Part shown: piece after piece, positions 56,223 to 64,000 of the stretch
How the letters are laid out: each line of letters starts with the position of its first letter
Numbering within the stretch: the stretch's first letter is position 1
Assembly: GCA_047602575.1 (NCBI GenBank)
Contig: JASGGY010000001.1
Coordinates: 142,413-206,412, forward strand
DNA: 64,000 nucleotides
Source of the DNA: Oscillospiraceae bacterium
GTDB taxonomy: Bacteria > Bacillota > Clostridia > Oscillospirales > Ruminococcaceae
Direction: 5' to 3'
Position numbers and translations under genes: made by a program
The notes under the pieces: model-generated
Told to the model about the DNA's origin: nothing
What the model saw: the letters and a program-made list of their open reading frames with translations, nothing else
The model's database searches: none

Positions 56223-57686
56223 ATGAAGACTTGTAAAAAAACGCTGGCAATGCTGCTGGCACTGACCGCGGCGCTCAGCGTTGTCGGCTGCGGAGACAAA
56301 GATGACGGCAGTGCCGCAGAAACCTCGCACGTCGATCTCGTGTCGGTGAATTCGCTGAATCTTTCCAACGAAAGCGGAACCGATTCCGGCTCGCTGACCC
56401 AGACCATGAGTAAGATTCCGGACGGACAGGGCGAAATCGAATGGCTGTCGTATTTTGACCTTAACCCGGTCGGAACGGAAGAAAAAAGCACCCAGCTGTC
56501 ACTGTTTGAGCAGCTCGGCGGAAGCATCAAGTACACGAGATGCGCTTCCATGAGTAAATATGACGCACTCGCAAAGCGAGAGATTTCCGGCGATGTGCCC
56601 GATATTTTCTGGCATGAAGGTATGACCTTCCCCGCCAACGTTATCGACGGCATGTTCCAGTCCATCGATCCGATTGTTGACTTTGACACACCGCTGTGGG
56701 CGGACGTGAAGAACGCTGCGAGTCAGTATGTTCTCAACGGCAAGCATTATGTTGCGCCGATCGCGTTCAACCAGCTTTCGGTGATCTGCTATGACAAGGC
56801 GCGCATGAACGATGCGGGACTGAAAGATCCGTATGATCTTTACAAGAAAAACGAGTGGACATGGGACACCATGGAAGATATGATGCGCACCTATGTTGAG
56901 GCAGCAACGGGCGATCAGGTTCGTTACGGCGTAAACGGCTGGTTCCATGCCTTTATTTTCAGAAGCACCGGTGAAACACTGATCAAATATGACGCAGACA
57001 AACAGGAATATGTCAACAACATGGACAGCCCGCAGCTTCAGCGTGCGGCAAACTGGCTGTATGATCTTTCCTCAGACGGACTTGTCAACCTCACTTGGTA
57101 TGACGAGGCGAGAAAAGCGTTTGACGACAATACGCTGTTCTATGCCATGGGACCTTGGGCATCCACCGGCATTCATACACCCACGGGCGATGAGGAATAC
57201 GGCGTTGTGCCGATGCCGCGTGATCCCCAGTCCGACACCTATTACACCTCGCTCGAAACCAATGCGTATATGTGGGTAAAGGGCTCGACCAAAACCGCTG
57301 CGGTCAAGACTTGGATGGAATGCGCAAAGCTTGCCAACACCCAAGAGGATTATATTGCAACCGGTAAGGAAAAATTCTTTGTAAACAACCCGGGCTGGAC
57401 GGAAGATATGTGGAATCTGGTATATGGTCCGGAAGCAAGATCGAACTTCACCATTGTGGTTGACCCCGGCTACGGCATCACCACCGCGCTGTCGAACAAC
57501 GATGCGGCAACCAACGATACCAAGGAAGCCCTCATTCCTTACCTCTATTCCTCCGTCAGCAAGAAGGACGAAAACGAAACCCAGATGACATGGACCGGTC
57601 TGCGCACTGCCTATGCGGGAACTGTGGACAGCGAGCTTGCCACATTCAACGCAAAGCTCAAGGACTTCATCGCCAAGGGCGAATAA
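56223..57686 (+). CDS. ABC transporter extracellular solute-binding lipoprotein (sugar-type, orphan)
   Basis: Start at MKTCKKTLAMLLALTAALSVVGCGD (lipobox LSVVGC; SD AAGGAGGA). Size and sequence resemble family-1 SBPs. No permease or ATPase gene is adjacent. Confidence 0.7.
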   Translation: MKTCKKTLAMLLALTAALSVVGCGDKDDGSAAETSHVDLVSVNSLNLSNESGTDSGSLTQTMSKIPDGQGEIEWLSYFDLNPVGTEEKSTQLSLFEQLGGSIKYTRCASMSKYDALAKREISGDVPDIFWHEGMTFPANVIDGMFQSIDPIVDFDTPLWADVKNAASQYVLNGKHYVAPIAFNQLSVICYDKARMNDAGLKDPYDLYKKNEWTWDTMEDMMRTYVEAATGDQVRYGVNGWFHAFIFRSTGETLIKYDADKQEYVNNMDSPQLQRAANWLYDLSSDGLVNLTWYDEARKAFDDNTLFYAMGPWASTGIHTPTGDEEYGVVPMPRDPQSDTYYTSLETNAYMWVKGSTKTAAVKTWMECAKLANTQEDYIATGKEKFFVNNPGWTEDMWNLVYGPEARSNFTIVVDPGYGITTALSNNDAATNDTKEALIPYLYSSVSKKDENETQMTWTGLRTAYAGTVDSELATFNAKLKDFIAKGE

Positions 57687-57696
57687 TCTCAATCAT

Positions 57697-57730
57697 AAAA
57701 GCGGAGCTTTCATGCTCCGCTTTTTCTTTT
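57697..57730 (+). terminator. intrinsic terminator of the SBP gene
   Basis: AAAGCGGAGC-TTTCAT-GCTCCGCTTT followed by TTCTTTT. Confidence 0.8.
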
Positions 57731-57743
57731 GCACAATTCAAAC

Positions 57744-57790
57744 AAAATTAAAACGCCCGCCGTTACTAAAAACGACGGGCGTATTTTTGC
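57744..57790 (-). terminator. intrinsic terminator of gap (hairpin usable in both directions)
   Basis: ACGCCCGCCGTT-ACTAAAA-ACGACGGGCGT with T-runs on both strands. Confidence 0.7.
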
Positions 57791-57798
57791 TTGTGTGC

Positions 57799-58812
57799 TT
57801 AGTTGAGCTCTGCGAAATACTTGATAGTTCTTACCATCTGGCTGGTGTAGGAGTTCTCGTTGTCGTACCATGCAATAACCTGAACCTGATAGGTTTCGTC
57901 GTCAAGCTTGGAAACCATGGTCTGGGTTGCGTCGAACAGCGAGCCGTAGGTGATGCCGATGACGTCGGAGGATACGATCTCGTCGGTGGTGTAGCCGAAC
58001 GAAGCGGAAGAAGCAGCTTTCATTGCGGCATTGATGCCGTCAACGGTAACGTCCTTGCCCTTGACAACAGCCACGAGGATCGTGGTAGAGCCAGTCGGAA
58101 CAGGAACGCGCTGTGCGGAGCCGATGAGCTTGCCCTTCAGCTCGGGGATAACCAGTCCGATTGCCTTTGCAGCGCCGGTGGAGTTGGGAACGATGTTTGC
58201 AGCACCCGCTCTTGCTCTGCGCAGGTCACCCTTTCTGTGAGGGCCGTCGAGGATCATCTGGTCGCCGGTATAAGCATGGATGGTGGACATGATGCCGCTC
58301 TGGATGGGCGCGTAGTCATTGAGCGCCTTTGCCATCGGAGCAAGACAGTTCGTTGTGCAGGATGCCGCGGAAATGATGGTGTCGTCCTTGGTCAGGATGT
58401 TCTCGTTTACGGAGAATACGACAGTGGGCAGGTCATTTCCGGCAGGAGCAGAGATAACGACTTTCTTGGCACCTGCGTCGATGTGCGCCTGGCTGGCTGC
58501 CTTGGATACATAGAAGCCCGTGCATTCGAGAACCACGTCAACGCCGATTTCACCCCAGGGAAGCTCTGCTGCCTTGGGCTTTGCGTAGATGATGATTTTC
58601 TTTCCGTCAACGGTGATGAAATCCTCGCCTGCTTCGACGGTATGACCATCGTATCTGCCCTGTGCGGTGTCATATTTGAGCAGGTGCGCAAGCATATCGG
58701 GCTTTGTCAAGTCGTTGATTGCAACAACCTCGTAGCCCTCCGCGCCAAACATCTGCCGGAACGCAAGGCGTCCGATTCTGCCGAAACCATTGATTGCAAC
58801 TTTAACTGCCAT
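57799..58812 (-). CDS. gap: glyceraldehyde-3-phosphate dehydrogenase
   Basis: 337 aa ORF with [15 protein letters not shown] and the active site SCTTNCLAP. Confidence 0.9.
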   Translation of the reverse strand: MAVKVAINGFGRIGRLAFRQMFGAEGYEVVAINDLTKPDMLAHLLKYDTAQGRYDGHTVEAGEDFITVDGKKIIIYAKPKAAELPWGEIGVDVVLECTGFYVSKAASQAHIDAGAKKVVISAPAGNDLPTVVFSVNENILTKDDTIISAASCTTNCLAPMAKALNDYAPIQSGIMSTIHAYTGDQMILDGPHRKGDLRRARAGAANIVPNSTGAAKAIGLVIPELKGKLIGSAQRVPVPTGSTTILVAVVKGKDVTVDGINAAMKAASSASFGYTTDEIVSSDVIGITYGSLFDATQTMVSKLDDETYQVQVIAWYDNENSYTSQMVRTIKYFAELN

Positions 58813-59316
58813 AATTTATTAACCTCCTAAAAAAATTCATGTATTTATTGTACACCATTTCCTGTGTTTTTTCAAGGGCTTTGATAAAAAAATAACTAAA
58901 TTTTTATATATCACACAAACTTGCCGCCCATTTTCCCGAAAAACCAGCCACAACGCTTGAATCGGAAAAATCCGACGCCCGATGATTGCCGGATCGGGTG
59001 GAACGTATATTCCATATATAGAAATATCAGATAGTATCCCATGATAAAGAAAACTACACTTGATTTGTCGTATATCTGAATTTTTCCTTAATTCGTGCGA
59101 GTTGGACTATAATTGACTACTATTATGTGATATAATAGAACAAATATACGATTGATATTCTTCCGCCGAAAACAAATACTACTACGGATGTCAAATGCAA
59201 CGTGTTACAAATGCCCTGCCCACAAAAACTTTGTCTGATACGACAAATAAATGACACGAAATTTGTAGAAACGCATAAATTAAGGGCGACAAACACATCA
59301 ACAAGGAGCAAATGCA

Positions 59317-60426
59317 ATGGACAAGCGGAAATTGGAAATCTTGGCGGAACTCTATGGTACGGCTGCACAAAAAGCCGCGGTCACGGACGAGCAGATGTGC
59401 GTTTTGTGGACAAACCAACCGGATTTTTTTAAAGACTTTTTTCCCGGCGCGCTGTTTGAGCGCCCTGAGCCGAAAGCCGAATTTGCACTCCGGCTGCCAA
59501 TTGAAACAGACACAATGTGCATTCTTTTTCAAAGCGGCGAGCCTTATACCGCGCGGGTATTGCCGGTGTCAGAAGGCGGCGCGGTGGGCGGCTATCTCAT
59601 CGAAGCGGTCACAATGACGGAATTTGATTTACTTGCCATGCGGCTTGACACGAATGTGGTTCAGGATCGCCAGCGCCAGATCGCCGGCATCCGCACAGCC
59701 GTTTCGGAGATCGTCGCCACCAACGCCATGCTCTACGAAGCGCTTGTCCAGCAGGGGCAGTTCGAGCTGGTGGAGATGGTCAAGAACCAAAGCGCCAGCT
59801 GTTACAAAGCCTTATCCTACAGCAGCAATCTCTCCGAGCTGCTCAAATATAGCATGGGTGTCTTTAAGCCCGTGCGCAGCAACGCATCGGTGTACCTCGC
59901 CGACATCGTAGGAACCTGCGCGCATTTCCTGCGCGACCTGAATGTGGAGATCACCCGGCAGATTGAACCGGATATTCATCTGGAGCTTGACTACGACCGG
60001 TTTACCGCCGCGGTGATGAACCTGATCATCAACGCCGTCCAGAATAACATTTCCGAGAAAAAAACCGTTCAGATCACCCTGCGCCGCAGCCGGTCTGAAA
60101 TTATCTTCTCTATCGAGGACAACGGCATCGGCATCCCGCCGGAGAATATCCCGAAGCTGTTCACACCGTATGCACTGACGGAAAAGTTCTCCGAAAAAAC
60201 CGGACTGGGGCTGCCACTCTGCAATATGTTCGCGGAAAAGTTTGGCGCTGCGATCACCGTTTCCTCAAAGCTTGATATGGGCACGCAGATTTTCATGCGT
60301 TTTCCCGCGGACGACGACCCGACCATTCCCGCATCGCTCGAATCCCCCTCAAAAGCGTATATCACCGAACGCTTCTCCCCGCTGTACCTGTATCTGTCAA
60401 AGGTCATTAAAATCAAAATTGTATAA
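59317..60426 (+). CDS. soluble histidine-kinase-like ATPase (HATPase_c) without recognisable H-box
   Basis: 369 aa ORF with SD AAGGAG. N box (AVMNLIINAVQN), G1 (IEDNGIGIP), F (LFTPY) and G2 (TGLGLPLC) are present. No TM helix is present. The DHp-like segment reads QIAGIRTAVSEI, with no His. Confidence 0.6.
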   Translation: MDKRKLEILAELYGTAAQKAAVTDEQMCVLWTNQPDFFKDFFPGALFERPEPKAEFALRLPIETDTMCILFQSGEPYTARVLPVSEGGAVGGYLIEAVTMTEFDLLAMRLDTNVVQDRQRQIAGIRTAVSEIVATNAMLYEALVQQGQFELVEMVKNQSASCYKALSYSSNLSELLKYSMGVFKPVRSNASVYLADIVGTCAHFLRDLNVEITRQIEPDIHLELDYDRFTAAVMNLIINAVQNNISEKKTVQITLRRSRSEIIFSIEDNGIGIPPENIPKLFTPYALTEKFSEKTGLGLPLCNMFAEKFGAAITVSSKLDMGTQIFMRFPADDDPTIPASLESPSKAYITERFSPLYLYLSKVIKIKIV

Positions 60427-60433
60427 CAAACAA

Positions 60434-60473
60434 GAAGCCCGGCGCTGCATTTTACAGCGTCGGGCTAATTTTA
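60434..60473. terminator. bidirectional hairpin terminator between the HK-like gene and gltD
   Basis: AGCCCGGCGCTG-CATTTTA-CAGCGTCGGGCT followed by AATTTT. Confidence 0.6.
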
Positions 60474-60490
60474 GAGGTTGGGGTTACTTA
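60469..60490 (+). repeat. short heptad-like remnant
   Basis: TTAGAGGTTGGGGTTACTTA shares GAGGTT..GGGGTTAC with the end of the array at 11448-11466. It overlaps the gltD stop. Confidence 0.4.
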
Positions 60491-61965
60491 ATGAAAGTCC
60501 GTCCGGTGAGGAATTTGTCAACCTCGCGTGCGCAGAGCTTGCCTTCCTGGATTGCCCAGACCACAAGGCTCTGACCGCGGCGCATATCGCCGGCTGCGAA
60601 CACATTGTCCGTACCGGTGCGGAAATCGCCGTATTCCGCCTTGACGTTGGTGCGCGCGTCGCGTTCAAGCGTAAGTTGCGCGGGAACAGTGTCCTCCGGT
60701 CCGATGAAGCCCATGGCGATCAGCACCAGATCCGCTTCCCAGACCTTTTCGCTGCCGGGGAGTTCCTTCGGAACAAAGCGTCCGGCGGCATCCTTTTCCC
60801 AAACCACGCTCACCGTGTGCAGCTCTTTGACCGCGCCCTTGCTGCCCGCGATTTTTTTGGTGGAAATGAGATAATTGCGCGGATCTGCGCCGAATTTGAA
60901 GATCGCTTCATCCTGACCGTAGTCAACCTTCAGCTTTTTGGGCCATTCCGGCCACGGGTTGGAAACGGGATCGCGCTTTGCCGCAGGCTCGGGCATGATT
61001 TCAAACTGCACAACGCTCTTGCAGCCGTGCCGGATGGAGGTCGCCACGCAGTCCGTACCGGTGTCGCCGCCGCCGATGACGACGACGTTCTTGTCCTTGG
61101 CACTGATGAACTTGCCGTCGGCAAGCTTGGAGTCAAGCAGGCTCTTGGTATTCTGCGTCAGGAAATCCACCGCGAAGTGAACGCCCTTTAAGTCGCTGCC
61201 GGGCACAGCCAGCCCGCGCGCCTTGGTTGCGCCGCAGCACAATACCACCGCGTCGAATTTCGCCGCTAAGGAATCGGCGGTGATGTCCTTACCGATTTCG
61301 GTGTTAAAAACAAACTTCACGCCAGCGTCGGTCATCTGGTCGATTCTGCGCTGTACGATGCTTTTGTCAAGCTTGACATTGGGAATGCCGTACATCAGCA
61401 GTCCGCCCGCGCGGTCGGCGCGCTCGAACACGGTGACGTCATGACCCGCGCCGTTGAGGTACTGTGCCGCCGACAAGCCCGACGGTCCCGAGCCGACAAC
61501 CGCCACGGTTTTACCGGTTGCGGTCGCCTTGGGCGTTTTCACCCAGCCCTCTTTGAAGGCGCGCTCGATGATTTCATATTCGATGGCGCTGATGGTGACA
61601 GCCTCCATGTGATAGCCCTCTGTGCAAGAGCCCTCGCACGGGGCGGGGCAGACCCTGCCCGTGAATTCGGGGAACGGATTTGTGCGGGAAAGGCGCTTAT
61701 ACGCTTCCTCCCACTGATTTTTATAAACCAGATCGTTCCACTCGGGGATCAGATTTTTGACCGGACAGCCCGCGGTCATACCGCCGAGCATCGCGCCGCC
61801 GTGGCAGAACGGAATGCCGCAGTTCATGCAGCGCGCCGCCTGTGTCGTGATGACTTCCATATCGGTCGGAAGCCGGATTTCGTCCCAGTCGCCGATGCGT
61901 TCCTCGCAGGGGCGCTTTCCGGGATTGACTCTCTCATATTCTAAAAAGCCGGTTGCTTTTCCCAT
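60484..61965 (-). CDS. gltD: glutamate synthase (NADPH) small chain
   Basis: 493 aa ORF with CMNCGIPFCH (Fe-S), VAVVGSGPSGLSAA and VVVIGGGDTGTDC (two dinucleotide folds). Confidence 0.85.
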   Translation of the reverse strand: MGKATGFLEYERVNPGKRPCEERIGDWDEIRLPTDMEVITTQAARCMNCGIPFCHGGAMLGGMTAGCPVKNLIPEWNDLVYKNQWEEAYKRLSRTNPFPEFTGRVCPAPCEGSCTEGYHMEAVTISAIEYEIIERAFKEGWVKTPKATATGKTVAVVGSGPSGLSAAQYLNGAGHDVTVFERADRAGGLLMYGIPNVKLDKSIVQRRIDQMTDAGVKFVFNTEIGKDITADSLAAKFDAVVLCCGATKARGLAVPGSDLKGVHFAVDFLTQNTKSLLDSKLADGKFISAKDKNVVVIGGGDTGTDCVATSIRHGCKSVVQFEIMPEPAAKRDPVSNPWPEWPKKLKVDYGQDEAIFKFGADPRNYLISTKKIAGSKGAVKELHTVSVVWEKDAAGRFVPKELPGSEKVWEADLVLIAMGFIGPEDTVPAQLTLERDARTNVKAEYGDFRTGTDNVFAAGDMRRGQSLVVWAIQEGKLCAREVDKFLTGRTFIK

Positions 61966-61988
61966 TATAATTCTCCTCTCATCCAGAT

Positions 61989-64000
61989 TTACTTCGCCAT
62001 GCTTGCTTTAAATGCGTGCATGAGCGCTTCTTCGCCCGCAAGACCCGCCGTGTGTGCCTGCTCGATGTTTTCCATCATCACCTTGTAGTCTTTCGGAATG
62101 ACCTTGGTAAAGCGCGTTCCGTAATCCCACCAGTTGTCAAGAATTTTCTTACCGAGAGGGCTGTTGGTGTAATCCACGTGCTTCTGGATGCAGGATTTAA
62201 GCTCCGCAAGCTCCTTGTCCGATTCGATTTTCTCGATCAGCACAATGCTCTTGTTGCAGTAAGCGTCGTTAAAATCAAGGATGTACGCTACGCCGCCGGA
62301 CATACCCGCCGCGAAGTTTCTTCCGGTTTTACCGAGAATGACCGCTTTTCCGCCCGTCATATACTCGCAGCCGTGATCGCCCACGCCCTCAACCACGGCG
62401 GTGATGCCGCTGTTTCTGACACAGAAGCGCTCGCCGGCGATGCCGTTGATGTAAGCCTCTCCGTCCGTTGCGCCGTAGAAGGCGACGTTGCCGATGAGGA
62501 TGTTGTTTTCGGGGGCGAAGTTGGGGATGTTCGGCGGGTAAACGATGATTTTTCCGCCCGACAAGCCCTTGCCGATGTAGTCGTTCGCGTCGCCCTCAAG
62601 CTCCAGCGTGATGCCCTTGGGCGCAAACGCACCAAAGCTCTGACCAGCCGAGCCGACAAAGGTCAGGTCGATGGTATCCTCCGGCAGTCCGGCTTCCCCG
62701 TATTTCTTGGAGATCTCGCTGCCGATGAGCGTGCCGACTACGCGGTCAACATTGTTGATTTCGAGCTTCGCACGGATCGGTCTGCCGTGCTTGAGCGCGG
62801 GCTTGCACATTCTGAGCAGCTTTTTCATGCCCAGCGAATGCTCCAGTCCGTGGTTCTGCTCCTGTGTGTTGAATCTGCCCACGTCCGCGCCGGCATAGGG
62901 CTGATAGAGAACCTTCGACAGGTCAACCTTGGAAGCCTTCCAGTGGTTGATGTTGTCCTTCATCTTCGAGCTTGTCGGTGCGTCCGACCAGCTCGTTGAT
63001 CGTGCGCAGTCCCATTTTCGCCATGATTTCGCGCATTTCCTGTGCGATAAAGCGCATGAAGTTCTCGACGTACTCCGGCTTGCCGTTGAAGCATGCACGA
63101 AGCCGCTCGTCCTGTGTCGCAATGCCCACGGGGCAGGTGTTGAGGTTGCACACGCGCATCATTACGCAGCCGATGGCGATTAGCGGCGTGGTGGCAAAGC
63201 CGAATTCCTCCGCGCCGAGGAGCGCCGCGATCACGACATCCCGTCCGGTCAGAAGCTTGCCGTCTGTTTCAACCTTGACGCGGTCACGCAGGCGGTTCAT
63301 GGTCAGCGTCTGGTGGGTTTCCGCCAGACCGAGTTCCCAGGGAAGACCCGCGTGCTTGATGCTCGTCAAGGGAGAAGCGCCTGTTCCGCCGTCATAACCG
63401 CTGATGAGGATGACGTCCGCCTTGCCCTTTGCAACGCCGGCGGCGATTGTGCCGACACCGACTTCCGAAACCAGCTTGACGTTGATTTTTGCGTCGCGGT
63501 TTGCGTTTTTCAGGTCATGAATCAGCTCCGCGAGATCCTCGATGGAATAAATATCGTGGTGGGGGGGGGGCGAAATCAGATCCACGCCGGGGGTGGAATG
63601 GCGCACCTTGGCAATCGGGGGATAAACCTTTTTACCGGGGAGCTGTCCGCCCTCGCCGGGCTTTGCGCCCTGTGCCATTTTGATCTGGATTTCCTCTGCG
63701 TTGACAAGGTAATTGCTTGTCACGCCGAAGCGGCCGGAAGCCACCTGCTTGATGGCGCTGCGCTTGGAGTCGCCGTTTTCCATCGGCAGGAAGCGCTCGG
63801 GATCTTCGCCGCCCTCGCCGGTGTTGCTCTTTCCGCCTAAGCGGTTCATCGCAATGGCAAGACATTCGTGCGCTTCCTTGCTGATCGAGCCGTAGCTCAT
63901 TGCGCCCGTTTTAAAGCGCTTGACAATCGCGTCAACCGACTCGACTTCCTCAAGCGGAATGATCTCGCCCTTGGTGTTGTTAAACTCGAGCAGGTTGCGC
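61989..64000 (-). CDS. gltB: glutamate synthase large chain, C-terminal FMN and GXGXG domains (5' end beyond window), apparent 1-nt frameshift near 62964
   Basis: The minus frame is open from 64000 (..[45 protein letters not shown].., GEGGQLPG). ORF 61989-63122 carries the GXGXG domain ([26 protein letters not shown]). The frames join as ..[17 protein letters not shown].. if one base is removed in CTCGAAGATGAAGG. Confidence 0.85.

Noticed and set aside
57613-58830. 405-aa plus-strand ORF opposite gap
   Set aside because: It is antisense to GAPDH, starts inside the SBP gene, spans two terminators, and has a Gly/Val/Asp-rich reverse-frame composition.
1436-62967. Frameshifts as programmed recoding (for example prfB-like +1 sites) or genuine pseudogenisation
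   Set aside because: There are no slippery heptamers or internal SD-stop contexts. The affected genes are unrelated and include essential single-copy functions (infB, gltX). The sites are mostly short homopolymers, so sequencing or assembly indels are the simplest explanation, pending read-level checking.

Overview
GC-rich chromosomal segment that looks like a spore-forming Clostridia genome. The Oscillospiraceae-like placement is an inference from spoIID, hydEFG and gene order only. I support about 57 protein genes, almost all housekeeping.

Gene content:
- A partial ABC ATPase and gltX.
- The classical rimP-nusA-ylxR-ylxQ-infB-rbfA-nrnA-truB-ribF operon, on the minus strand.
- alr.
- An [FeFe]-hydrogenase maturation cluster: TM1266-like protein, hydE, two HAD hydrolases, hydG and hydF. 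It is followed by trxA and a four-domain sulfur-trafficking flavoprotein.
- htrA and pyrE.
- SAM-riboswitch-controlled metK, ilvBNC, a heterodimeric ABC exporter, and FMN-riboswitch-controlled ribU.
- efp, secG, rnr, a GTP-dependent PEP carboxykinase, trmB, galK, spoIID, gap and gltDB.
- I see no tRNA or rRNA genes, CRISPR arrays, transposase or integrase genes, phage genes, or recognisable defence or toxin systems.

No novel protein-coding system is evident. The unusual signal is non-coding and has two parts.
- Hairpin-stack family: a modular family of stacked GC-rich hairpins centred on CCAAAGGG-N8-CCCTTTGG-AAACCC. It has 10 arms in 64 kb, and two pairs of arms form about 345-380 bp MITE-like units with 61-64 bp terminal inverted repeats. 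The stem sequences differ between copies while self-complementarity is kept.
- Heptad arrays: tandem 7-nt repeats (GAAGTCA / GAGGTCA / GAAGTTA) sit exactly at gene 3' ends. They often supply the stop codon, and in hydE they also supply the last 13 codons. In two places the heptads and the hairpin stack are joined into one homologous composite unit of about 215-235 bp.

Eight single-base-type frameshifts interrupt conserved and essential genes: gltX, nrnA, infB, a YpsA-like gene, ilvB, an ABC exporter (twice) and gltB. This pattern argues for assembly indel errors rather than real gene decay.

All calls rest on reading translated motifs and the DNA by eye. No database search was possible.
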